Positions 44,056 to 53,404 of a stretch of 53,456 bases of DNA are shown in pieces; the first letter of the stretch is position 1; each line of letters begins with the position of its first letter. A model generated the notes under the pieces. That model searched no databases, was not told the DNA's origin, and worked only from the letters and a program-made list of their open reading frames with translations. This DNA is from Bacteroidota bacterium (GTDB taxonomy: Bacteria > Bacteroidota > Bacteroidia > B-17B0 > Aurantibacillaceae): positions 1-53,456 of the forward strand of contig DAIUED010000001.1 of assembly GCA_036845295.1 (NCBI GenBank), given 5' to 3'. The translations under genes and the position numbers were made by a program.

Positions 44056-47000
44056 ATGAAAACAAAACTCTGTACTCTTTTCTTAAGTCTCGCTTCGTTT
44101 TTTTCTTTTTCGCAAGCACCATCATGTGGCGATGATATTATCCGCGATTTCCAGAAACGTCATCACCGGAATTTCGACCGTGATATCCGACTCCAGGACG
44201 AGCGCATCCGGTATTACATGCAGCAACAGCCGTCGGGTGCAACTGGAAGACCATCCACTTCCACAAGCTACACCATTCCGGTTGTGTTCCATGTAGTTCA
44301 CAATGGCGAAGCATACGGCTCAGGCTCTAACATTTCTTACCAGCAGATCTTGTCTCAACTCAATGCCATGAACGCGGCTTTTTCTAAAAACTACCCGGCA
44401 TACAATAACCAAACGCATCCGGCATACGCGCAAAATACGGGCATTCAGTTTTGCCTGGCGTCTATTGCGATGCCTTCTTCCGTATCGTTTTACAACGGAC
44501 CTGGAGGTGTGGAGAAAGGCGTGATGCGTTACGCCAATACCTCCTTGAGTCATCACCAGATGGGCAACACCGACGCCACGGCGATGGTCGCGCTCACGCA
44601 TCCTACCGGCAACCATTTCCCTTTTGACAAATACCTCAACGTGTGGGTAGTGTCTTCTATTGGCGGAAGTAGTTCGGGTATTGTGATGGGATATGCGCCG
44701 AGGCCGTTGATGGGCGCTTACCCACTGGATGGCGTGGTAATGCGGTCTGACGTGGTCGGGGATAATTCTACCGGAAATACTTTCGCTCTCGGGTACGGCC
44801 TTGCACAAGGCAAAGTGATGGTGCATGAGCTTGGCCATTACTTTAACCTCATGCACATTTTCGAAGGTGGTTGCGCCGGGGCTAATGCCGCCGGCTCTGC
44901 AAGCGACCCCTGCGATCTTAACGGCGATATGATCTGTGATATCGAACCCTGCACCACACAGAACATCGCCTGCAATGCCCCTGTGCCCAATACCTGTTCG
45001 GCAAGCTATCCCACAGGCACAACCAGCAATGACATGATTGAGGACTACATGAGCTACGCCGACGACGACTGTATGAATACATTTACCCAGGACCAAACCT
45101 CTCGCATGCATGCCACCTTAAATGTGTTGAGGCAAGGCCTATGGCAAACATCTAATCTTGCTGCTACCGGGGTTATCGGAGCGGGTGGCTGTTCCAACTC
45201 TACACTCTATCTGGATATCGTAAAACCAAGCATTAACTACTGCATCAATACGCCTCTTGTGTTCTCGAACCCTACTGTAGGAAATACAGCAAACTCCTGG
45301 CAATGGACACTCACCGGCGGCACACCCGCCAGCGCCACTACCAGCAGCGTGAGCGTTACATACACCGCACCTGGCCTCTACTATGCCAAATTGAAGGTAA
45401 GCGACGGCACATTATCCCGTACCGACAGCGTACCGGTAGCGGTAACGAGCTGCACACTCGACCCGAAGAAACTCAACCGAAGCAACTGGCTTTTTGGTGA
45501 CTCCTGTTCGATTGCCTTTACCACAGGAAATCCGGTAGTGAATGATCTGGTGCTCCGCAAAAAAACGCAACGTGCGTTCGAAGTGGCTGTTTCCATGAGC
45601 GATTCGCTCGGCAACCTGCTGTTTTATTCAGATGGTGTGAATCTTTGGGACAATAACCACGTGCAGGTAAACACAACGCCTCTGTTTGGCTGGAATGTAT
45701 CAACCGGAAGCTGGGATTATAACGGCTCTTCGGTATATGGTTTCACGGCTTTCGAGGTTCCGAAACAGCCAGGTAAATATGCGCTAATCTGCATTCCACC
45801 TCAGGAAACCAATGGCGGTGCCATGAACGCCTACTGTAAAATCTCTTCCGTTATATACGACGTCAATACCCATACCGTTAGTGCCTTTCAAAGCCTTACC
45901 CATCCTTCTATCTACACACCCGGCAGCAACCGTTTTTCAGAAGATCTCTGCGTGGTACCACACTGCAATGGCGTTGATTATTGGGTGCTTGCCCGCGGTT
46001 GGACAAGCAATTTCATGAACGGAAACATTTATGCTTTTCTCTTCAACCAAAACGGTCTAAATCCGACTGCTGCACCTGTAATATCCGGGCCGTTCCAGAG
46101 TCCGACAGGCGTGGGTGGCATCAAATCGAATCCTGCCGGCAACAAGATCATTTGCGGATCGGGTATCGGACGCTTCTTATTGTACGACTTCCATGCGGCA
46201 ACAGGCGTGCTAAGTAACCAGGTAATGCCACCCGTGAGCGCAGCCACTAACTCTATTTGCCTTACCTGTGCGTTCAGTCCTAACGGCCAATACCTGTACC
46301 TCAAGTACGGCACTTCCGGGGCAGGGAGTTTTATTGAGCAAGTGGATGTAAATACGCTTAGCGTCGTAAAAACGCTCAGCAACCCCAACCCGAATACCGA
46401 ACCGCATTCTTTTGGATACATGGAGATAGGGCCGGACAACAACATCTACTATAATGCTATTAATTCCTATTATCTCGGTAAGATTGCCAATCCCGACTCG
46501 CCCACGCTTTCGGCGATAGCAGCTCCGGTATCGTTTGTACCGACATACAGCATGTGCAGCACCAACCTCTCGCTTCTTAATTTTATGGAAGCCGACAAAC
46601 CTGCTGAAGTACCTGCCCTGATGGTGCAAAACAACACGTGCAGCAGCTACTCCTTTGCTGTGAACCCCTGCTGGAGCGTTTACAGTGCCAGCTGGAATTT
46701 TGGCGATGGCAGTTCTATCGTTACTGGCGCGGGAGTTTCTCATACCTACAGCGTTACCGGCGTTTATACGGTAAGTCTTACCCTGAGCTACAACGGGCAA
46801 AGCATACCAGTATTTACACGAACAGTAAGCGTGAACTCGCCAACAGCTTCCATCAGTGGTCCCAGCGCCATCTGCAAAGGAAACACGTATGTCAACAATT
46901 ACAGCACGACCAACATTGCCGGCGCCACCTATAGCTGGACGGCATCGAATGCAACAATCTCCGGTCCGGGTACGATCCCTTCCATCAATCTTGTATCTGG

Positions 47001-47559
47001 AAATACCGGCGTGGCTACCTTATCGTTACAGGTGACAAATGGCGGTTGCATTGCCAGGGCAGTGAAAACGATCGCCATTGATACCATTCCTACGGTTTCC
47101 CTGAGCGCTTCTACTGTGGCCTGCACCGGGAGCACGGTGAACCTAAGTGGCACACCTGCAGGCGGTGCTTATACAGGTGTTAACGTCGGCTCTGGTGTTC
47201 TCACGCCAACCACCACCGGCATCCATCAGGCATATTACACGTACACGAACGGAAACGGTTGTTCCAACACAGCCTCGGTATCCATAAACGTGAATGCGTG
47301 TACAGGCCTTCAAGATGTAGGTTCTCCCGCAGTATTTACCGTTTATCCGAACCCAAGCGATGGCATGGTTTACCTGAACGGAAATGTGTCGATACGTTCC
47401 GTTGAGATCTTCAATGCCATCGGGCAACTGATCTGGCAACAAAACGGAGCAGGGGCGGAGACGATGGCTATCGATCTAAGCCAGGCAAGCAAAGGCTTCT
47501 ATACACTGCGGGTTCACACCGGCGGCGGCATTTATCATCAACGCATCCTGAAGGAGTAG
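44056..47559 (+). CDS. Secreted M43-type metzincin (cytophagalysin/pappalysin-like) with PKD domains and T9SS C-terminal sorting domain
   Basis: It has a signal peptide, the zinc site HELGHYFNLMH, at least two PKD-like modules (WQWTLTGGTP...YYAKLKVSDG and WNFGDGSS...YTVSLTL), and a C-terminal ~75 aa of the VYPNPS...FYTLRV type typical of a T9SS CTD. Confidence 0.8.
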   Translation: MKTKLCTLFLSLASFFSFSQAPSCGDDIIRDFQKRHHRNFDRDIRLQDERIRYYMQQQPSGATGRPSTSTSYTIPVVFHVVHNGEAYGSGSNISYQQILSQLNAMNAAFSKNYPAYNNQTHPAYAQNTGIQFCLASIAMPSSVSFYNGPGGVEKGVMRYANTSLSHHQMGNTDATAMVALTHPTGNHFPFDKYLNVWVVSSIGGSSSGIVMGYAPRPLMGAYPLDGVVMRSDVVGDNSTGNTFALGYGLAQGKVMVHELGHYFNLMHIFEGGCAGANAAGSASDPCDLNGDMICDIEPCTTQNIACNAPVPNTCSASYPTGTTSNDMIEDYMSYADDDCMNTFTQDQTSRMHATLNVLRQGLWQTSNLAATGVIGAGGCSNSTLYLDIVKPSINYCINTPLVFSNPTVGNTANSWQWTLTGGTPASATTSSVSVTYTAPGLYYAKLKVSDGTLSRTDSVPVAVTSCTLDPKKLNRSNWLFGDSCSIAFTTGNPVVNDLVLRKKTQRAFEVAVSMSDSLGNLLFYSDGVNLWDNNHVQVNTTPLFGWNVSTGSWDYNGSSVYGFTAFEVPKQPGKYALICIPPQETNGGAMNAYCKISSVIYDVNTHTVSAFQSLTHPSIYTPGSNRFSEDLCVVPHCNGVDYWVLARGWTSNFMNGNIYAFLFNQNGLNPTAAPVISGPFQSPTGVGGIKSNPAGNKIICGSGIGRFLLYDFHAATGVLSNQVMPPVSAATNSICLTCAFSPNGQYLYLKYGTSGAGSFIEQVDVNTLSVVKTLSNPNPNTEPHSFGYMEIGPDNNIYYNAINSYYLGKIANPDSPTLSAIAAPVSFVPTYSMCSTNLSLLNFMEADKPAEVPALMVQNNTCSSYSFAVNPCWSVYSASWNFGDGSSIVTGAGVSHTYSVTGVYTVSLTLSYNGQSIPVFTRTVSVNSPTASISGPSAICKGNTYVNNYSTTNIAGATYSWTASNATISGPGTIPSINLVSGNTGVATLSLQVTNGGCIARAVKTIAIDTIPTVSLSASTVACTGSTVNLSGTPAGGAYTGVNVGSGVLTPTTTGIHQAYYTYTNGNGCSNTASVSINVNACTGLQDVGSPAVFTVYPNPSDGMVYLNGNVSIRSVEIFNAIGQLIWQQNGAGAETMAIDLSQASKGFYTLRVHTGGGIYHQRILKE

Positions 47560-47561
47560 CC

Positions 47562-48257
47562 TTAATCAGCCTCTACCCAACGGGCAAGAAATGCGTCGTC
47601 GTCGCTGATCTTTCCGAGCACACGGTATTTGGATCTTTCCAATACGGAAGATTCGGAAACCTTGTCTTTAACAACTTTAAAAGGAAACCAACCGGTAGAA
47701 TGGATAAAGTAGTGGTCGTCGCCTTCCACCAGAATAAAGCCGGTATGACTATCGAGGCCGATGATGTAAAGTCCATCACCATAGCCGACAAGCTGTTTCT
47801 CAAATTCCTGAAGTGTGGTATTGGAAATATAATGCACATGTTTCTTTGCACTCAGTGAGCGGATCATTTCTTCCGAAGCACATTGGGCCATCTTTACCCG
47901 GTTGATGGGAACGCCCATGTCACGGAGGGTTGTGGTGACGAAATACCCACATGCGATGCTTCCCTTCTGCGGCATTTCGGTTGTTCCGTTATAATCCCAT
48001 TTGGTACCATACCAATACGGGAAAACCTTTTGGGTGATTTGGTGGACAAAGGCTTTGCGTAAGGCGTTCTTGCCGGCGCCACGCTTTTTGAGATCGTGGC
48101 GAAGATCGCGGATGGTGTCCAGCTCCGCATGATAGTAGCGGTTGTCGAGGATTTCTTCTTCGCCATCCATTAAGCGGTGGTAAAGCAGCCAGGATCCAAG
48201 CCCGAGAGCCGCGAAGATCAAAAGGAACACGACCCGTTTACGTTTGAGAACAGCCAT
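47562..48257 (-). CDS. Membrane-anchored hypothetical protein, possible NlpC/P60-like Cys/His hydrolase
   Basis: It has an N-terminal TM helix. GSIACGYFV followed about 70 aa later by DSHTGFILV and HYFIHS resembles the Cys...His...His order of NlpC/P60. This is by eye only. Confidence 0.4.
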   Translation of the reverse strand: MAVLKRKRVVFLLIFAALGLGSWLLYHRLMDGEEEILDNRYYHAELDTIRDLRHDLKKRGAGKNALRKAFVHQITQKVFPYWYGTKWDYNGTTEMPQKGSIACGYFVTTTLRDMGVPINRVKMAQCASEEMIRSLSAKKHVHYISNTTLQEFEKQLVGYGDGLYIIGLDSHTGFILVEGDDHYFIHSTGWFPFKVVKDKVSESSVLERSKYRVLGKISDDDAFLARWVEAD

Positions 48258-48338
48258 GGTGCAAAGCTACACATTCGGAGGAAATACGCTACGGCTTCAA
48301 CATAATACCATCAGGCGTTTTCATTGAAAAACCTATCG

Positions 48339-48983
48339 CTAATCTTTCTCCCAGATGCGTTTTATGCTCCCTTTCTGCCTCAGGATCGGCTGCCGTTGCT
48401 GCATCGCCAGCTTTTCGAGCCTTCGGCGGGTCTTCCGTGGATAAAAGAATTTACACCATGTTTTAGGGATGGTATAAGGTTTTGTGATTCCGGCTTTTGC
48501 CAGCAAATCATACGTAGCGGCACCACAACGCATGCCAAAGAATGCGTAATCATAAGGACTTTGCGCCATATAAGCCGCAGCCACTGAATCAAGGCGGGCT
48601 TTTTGTGTGGCAGTAACTGACAGGAAAACCACTGTTTTTTTCATATTGGCATAGTTCCCTCCCAATATTTCATAGAATGAGACGGTATCATTCGATCCGA
48701 ACAGACTATTGATGAGGTGACGACTTGAAAAAAAATGAATGGGTGCCTTTGGCTGAAAGTTGATGATTTCACCCGGTGTATATTCTACCCCAGCGTGGCC
48801 ACCCAGGATACCGCCAAACCAACGGTTTTCTTCATGGCGAAATCGATGCTTGGGTTTGGATCCGTGCAAAAAATGCACTTTGATGATTAACAGGGAATCC
48901 GAATTAGCCAGGCCCTGTTGAACCTGGAATATGGCAAAGAAGCATAAGGCGATGAGTAGTCGCCTGTTGTTAGTAGTTGACAT
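48339..48983 (-). CDS. Secreted hypothetical protein, possible permuted papain-like (His then Cys) fold
   Basis: It has a signal peptide. GGHAGVEY followed about 90 aa later by FFGMRCGAATYDLL is reminiscent of DUF4105 or permuted NlpC/P60 families. This is by eye only. Confidence 0.4.
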   Translation of the reverse strand: MSTTNNRRLLIALCFFAIFQVQQGLANSDSLLIIKVHFLHGSKPKHRFRHEENRWFGGILGGHAGVEYTPGEIINFQPKAPIHFFSSRHLINSLFGSNDTVSFYEILGGNYANMKKTVVFLSVTATQKARLDSVAAAYMAQSPYDYAFFGMRCGAATYDLLAKAGITKPYTIPKTWCKFFYPRKTRRRLEKLAMQQRQPILRQKGSIKRIWEKD

Positions 48984-49318
48984 TATGATTTCGTATTAAG
49001 ATTAGGAAAAAGAAATTCTTACCGCCGGAGGCAGTATAACTGGCAGATACCGTCTGCCTACGAAATCAATGATCAGGATAAGTGGTAATAGAAAAAATGG
49101 TGTTGCGAACGCAGTTGGAAGTGCCTACGGAGGATCTTCCCTTCTTTAAAAGCGCATTGGTTATAGCGTACATCAAACACAAAGGTAAAGGTTTGACCTA
49201 ACCAGAAAATCTTTTAAATGAATTTAACAAACAATTAGGTTGACGACACCTAATTGCCGACTTATGTAACATTTACACAAACTCCGAAAAATTGTCACCT
49301 GGCAAGATGGGGGCATTG

Positions 49319-49364
49319 CAAAAAAGGCCCGCACTTAAGCAACCCGTTCATGCGGATTGCCTTT
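49319..49364 (-). terminator. Probable rho-independent terminator (minus strand) after the BNR-repeat gene
   Basis: Nested stems aaaggc/gccttt and ccgca/tgcgg are preceded on the plus strand by A6, which is a U-tract on the minus strand. It lies 16 nt below the stop at 49380. Confidence 0.5.
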
Positions 49365-49379
49365 CGCAGCGGCTATCTG

Positions 49380-52300
49380 CTAATAGATGATCAGCTTTTC
49401 GGTAATCTGGTGATCCTTGCCCTTCAGCGATACTGTATAAAAGCCCTTTGCTAGACCTGTGAGATCGATTTCCCGGGCATACACTCCATCATCGATTATC
49501 CAATCCGCTCTTTGCACAACCTGACCCGCGCTATTACTTACAACCAACTCCATCTTCTCTTTTCCTTTGGCTGAAACCGTTAGCGTGGTTTTGTCGCGGG
49601 CCGGATTTGGACTTATATTCGACGAAAAACCGGCAGCTTGTTGCTTCTGGATCGCCGAAAAAGAGGTGAGGTTAATGTTATCCACGTAAAGTGCATTTCC
49701 GTAGTGTCCTCTGTTTTTGAAAGCGAATTGGATTCGCGGATTACCATCGTAAGCACTCAGGTGAATCGTCTCTGTTCGCCATTCGGAGTTATCCGGAATA
49801 AACAATTGCTGTTCATCCGGTGCCGTTGCCAAGGTGCTTCCTCCCTTTAAGTAAATACTTGCATAAGACATTCCGCAATCGCCAGATATCAGCACTTCCA
49901 GCGAATCCTCCACTCCTGATCCCCATCTGGCATACGCAACATCAAATTGTAATGCAGTTCCCGTAACATTGGCCAAATCGTACCCTTCTGTGACAAATGC
50001 ATCTCTCTTCGGGCTAACATCCACAGAATAATTATCGAAGTACGAAGACTCGCTGCTGGTACCAAAACCACCAACCGTTGTGTTATGCTGCCAAACGACT
50101 CCATCCGAACCGTCATCAACTAAATTCCATCCAACGGGAGGATACGTTCCGGCAAACGCTTCCTGAACCGGTAATACATGAGGCGACGTAACATGTATGT
50201 ATGCTGTTTTAACAAGTGTATTGTTCCCATTCGTATTGCCTACCGTGAGGGTCACCTGATATACGCCTGTAGCATTATATGTTACCGATGGATTCTGACT
50301 GGTGGAACTTGAAGGGCTACCTCCCTGAAAAGTCCATTGCCAGGAGTTTGGTGCAGGAGTTGAAATACTTTGATCGGTAAAGTGAACTGTACTACCCGGA
50401 CACACATACACCTGGTCTGCGATAAAATCAACTGCCGGCGGCATGCTGGTATTGATCGGCATTTCCCAAACACCACGCCCATAGTAAAAAACCCTTAACA
50501 ATGCAGAGGCATTGCCAGGATTATACATCGAAAAACCAACGATGTCGGCTACTGTAGGAAGATTATAGGATATATTCTGCCAACTGCTCATGCTGCTGTT
50601 TCTATAATACATGCCCTTAGCAGTACATAAATAAACACCTTCATTTGTACTGAACTCCTCATACTGCACTTTTATAATATTGACGCCAGCAGGTAAGCCT
50701 GTGCTGATATTGGTAAAGGATTGTCCCCGGTTGGCCGACCGATATACTTTGTTTCCACAACTTACATAAATAACATTACTGTTTGTTCCGATGCTTGTGA
50801 TGGACGCAGCTACTGCTGTGCCCGCAGGAGCCGGAAACGTAGTATATACAGGACTTGCCGCAAAAATGTTGTCGCATCGATACAGGGTATTGTTCGATCC
50901 GAATGCATATACAACTGCTGTATCAGCAAAAGATGAATGCAATGCTACTATACTGGTATTGATGGAGCCCGCCTGGAGCCAGTTTGGGGAAGCCGAGGTT
51001 ATGTTTTTGCTGACATAAATATTGGTTGATGCTGTAAGAGCTGTTGTCGGCATGTTGCGGTTAAATTCGAGGCATAATTTGTTATCACCAGCAAATGGCA
51101 GATTGTAGCTATTTTCAGATCCCAGCACCGTGCGCCTTTTGCCATTCTCATAATAATACACAACATCTGCTTCTCTATAGTTAAAGGTAGATTTACTGCC
51201 CCAGTCACCACCACGGTTTGTAAACCAGGAATTTGTACTACCATACAATTCGCCATTGTCCTGCGTTCCAATACTAATTAAATCGCGTCTTATCTGGCTC
51301 TGCGAACCATGATATATTTCTGTGGCAGCAATCCCATCGGAACGACTCGTCCAGTTCGCTCCGCCATCCCGACTTAGAAATATGCCTCCATCGTTGACGT
51401 TAAACAACATGTTATTATAAACAGGGTGGACACTGATGCCGTGCATATCCGTATGACAACCGTCCCACCAGTCGGTAAGTTTAGTCCAAGTAAGTCCTCC
51501 ATCAAGGCTTTTCCATACGCAATGTGCCGCCACATATACCACGTTGGCGTCTCCCGGATCACAGGTCATCGAAAAATTATAATCGCCTTGGCCTGAGCTG
51601 CTGGCGTCATAACCAACCAGACTTTGTGCAGGGTTATTATACACGGTAGAAAATGTCGTTCCAAAATCGGTCGATTTCAGGATAGTGCCTTCGTCAGCAA
51701 TCATTCCCACATATACGACATTCGGACTTGCCTTACTCACGGCCAATCGCATTCCCTGACCGTTGCCGCCCGGAATGGTAACGCCGCTCGTGATCTGCTG
51801 CCAGGTGTTACCAAAATCTACGGAGCGCCAAATCTGTGATGACGTGACGGCATAGGCGGTATCATTGCTATTTGGCTTCAGAACCATTGCTTTGAAATCG
51901 CCACCTGTTTTTACCTGAGTCCAGCTACTTCCACCATTGGTCGTTTTAAAGATCCCGCTATTGGTTGCCGCCAGGAGCGTTTGATTATTGGATGGATGCA
52001 TGATAAGCTCTATGATAAGGCCGGTGCTGATGCCGGTGGAAAACGATGTCCAGGATGCTCCGCCGTTAGTGGTTTTATATACACCATATCCGCCCGAATA
52101 GTAGTTAGGATCGCCTGTGCCCAGGTATATGGTATTGCTATTCGTGGGGTCGAAGCAGACTGATGCGCATTCGGTGCGTGGCAAAAAATCGGTGCCGAGA
52201 TTGATCCAGGTTTTTCCTGTATCGTTGCTGCTCCACAATCCTCCAGATGCGCTCGTTGTATAAAGCCTGGCCGGATTTGAAGGATTCACTTTCAATTGTG

Positions 52301-52445
52301 TACAACGCCCGATACCATTGATCTGGCCGGAAACATTAGCTGGGAATGCAATTGGCCCTTTTTCAGACCAGGTGGTTCCGGGTTGAGCCCGAAGGAATAT
52401 CGTGAGCAGCAAAAAAGCTAGCAAAGAAAATACATGTGATTTCAT
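49380..52445 (-). CDS. Secreted BNR/Asp-box (sortilin/VPS10-like) repeat protein with PKD domain and T9SS C-terminal sorting domain
   Basis: It has a signal peptide and at least 7 Asp-box motifs (SNDTGKTW, TTNGGASW, TTNGGSSW, SVDFGNTW, STDFGTTF, SLDGGLTW, SRDGGANW). It also has a PKD-like module (WQWTFQGGSP...YQVTLTV) and a C-terminal ISPNPA...FYTVSL CTD. Confidence 0.8.
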   Translation of the reverse strand: MKSHVFSLLAFLLLTIFLRAQPGTTWSEKGPIAFPANVSGQINGIGRCTQLKVNPSNPARLYTTSASGGLWSSNDTGKTWINLGTDFLPRTECASVCFDPTNSNTIYLGTGDPNYYSGGYGVYKTTNGGASWTSFSTGISTGLIIELIMHPSNNQTLLAATNSGIFKTTNGGSSWTQVKTGGDFKAMVLKPNSNDTAYAVTSSQIWRSVDFGNTWQQITSGVTIPGGNGQGMRLAVSKASPNVVYVGMIADEGTILKSTDFGTTFSTVYNNPAQSLVGYDASSSGQGDYNFSMTCDPGDANVVYVAAHCVWKSLDGGLTWTKLTDWWDGCHTDMHGISVHPVYNNMLFNVNDGGIFLSRDGGANWTSRSDGIAATEIYHGSQSQIRRDLISIGTQDNGELYGSTNSWFTNRGGDWGSKSTFNYREADVVYYYENGKRRTVLGSENSYNLPFAGDNKLCLEFNRNMPTTALTASTNIYVSKNITSASPNWLQAGSINTSIVALHSSFADTAVVYAFGSNNTLYRCDNIFAASPVYTTFPAPAGTAVAASITSIGTNSNVIYVSCGNKVYRSANRGQSFTNISTGLPAGVNIIKVQYEEFSTNEGVYLCTAKGMYYRNSSMSSWQNISYNLPTVADIVGFSMYNPGNASALLRVFYYGRGVWEMPINTSMPPAVDFIADQVYVCPGSTVHFTDQSISTPAPNSWQWTFQGGSPSSSTSQNPSVTYNATGVYQVTLTVGNTNGNNTLVKTAYIHVTSPHVLPVQEAFAGTYPPVGWNLVDDGSDGVVWQHNTTVGGFGTSSESSYFDNYSVDVSPKRDAFVTEGYDLANVTGTALQFDVAYARWGSGVEDSLEVLISGDCGMSYASIYLKGGSTLATAPDEQQLFIPDNSEWRTETIHLSAYDGNPRIQFAFKNRGHYGNALYVDNINLTSFSAIQKQQAAGFSSNISPNPARDKTTLTVSAKGKEKMELVVSNSAGQVVQRADWIIDDGVYAREIDLTGLAKGFYTVSLKGKDHQITEKLIIY

Positions 52446-52467
52446 CTTATCAATATTTTATGTTGAA

Positions 52468-52884
52468 TTATCGGCGGCGTTGTTCTTCCCAAAGTTTAAG
52501 TTGTTCTTCGCTTGTAAGAATATGGCCGTCTTCCTGCACATAGGGCTGCACTTGCATCTTCCAGTGCGCGAATTTTTTACACTCGAGGCCATATAGCCGT
52601 TGCAGGTCTCTTGCTTTTTTTCGTTCTCTCAGCTCGCGGCGGCTTATGTGCTTGTCCTCTGCTTCCTCGGAAGTGCCTAGTACATCCTGTTCTTCCAATG
52701 GCTGAGGCTTTCCTTTCCAGAACAACTCGTACGCCTTGACTACTTCGAAATAGTTGGCCTCAGGATCTTTCATCATCTCGATCCAATACGGGTGATTTCG
52801 GTACTCACTGTCTTTGTGTTTTATCTGAGCCTTGGCCAGATTGATGCCCAACAGCAACAAGGCACATATTAAAAAATGTTTCAT
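52468..52884 (-). CDS. Small secreted protein (138 aa), function unknown
   Basis: It has the signal peptide MKHFLICALLLLGINLAKAQ and a charged helical body. It lies 22 nt upstream of the BNR-repeat gene on the same strand. Confidence 0.55.
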   Translation of the reverse strand: MKHFLICALLLLGINLAKAQIKHKDSEYRNHPYWIEMMKDPEANYFEVVKAYELFWKGKPQPLEEQDVLGTSEEAEDKHISRRELRERKKARDLQRLYGLECKKFAHWKMQVQPYVQEDGHILTSEEQLKLWEEQRRR

Positions 52885-53199
52885 AAATACTTTATTATGG
52901 GCTAAAAGTAGAAAGTGGAAATGAAATCCACTATTTCTAAACTTGCTTTAGATCAGTATTTGCACATCAAATTTCAATCAAAAACGTATGGCTAAGTAAC
53001 CGACACTCGTTTTGAAACACGAACAAATGCAGATTCTACAAAATAATTCCAACATTGCGGATGGCAAAAACCAGCTGACATTCTCTTTCAACAATGTCAT
53101 CTGTGCGATTTGGTATTTACCTAAAGGTACAGAAGCGTCGGCGAATATGTCGTTTAAACGACTCCATGAGCAAGAAAAACATTATGATATCGTCGCGTA

Positions 53200-53231
53200 T
53201 AAAAAAGCCGTTCCTGATAACAGGAACGGCT
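53200..53231 (-). terminator. Rho-independent terminator (minus strand)
   Basis: The perfect 11-bp stem agccgttcctg / caggaacggct has the loop ataa. It is preceded on the plus strand by A6, which is a U-tract on the minus strand. Confidence 0.65.
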
Positions 53232-53404
53232 CGCTCGGGGGAGATTTGAGTTTGGCAGATGCGGTGTCTTGCATAAGGCTTTTTCGGAACTTTGCCCCTA
53301 TTGTTATCGGGCGGCGGCCTCTAACCGCTCCTTATGCCTGCACATCAACAAAAACACAGTGACACAACATCATCTGCCAGGCCAGCCTGAAACAGCCCGC
53401 CTAT

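Noticed and set aside
53012-53362. A 116-aa plus-strand ORF lies near the right edge.
   Set aside because: It starts at TTG, has no recognisable domain, and spans a strong minus-strand terminator hairpin plus the trailer of a tRNA-like element. It is probably non-coding.
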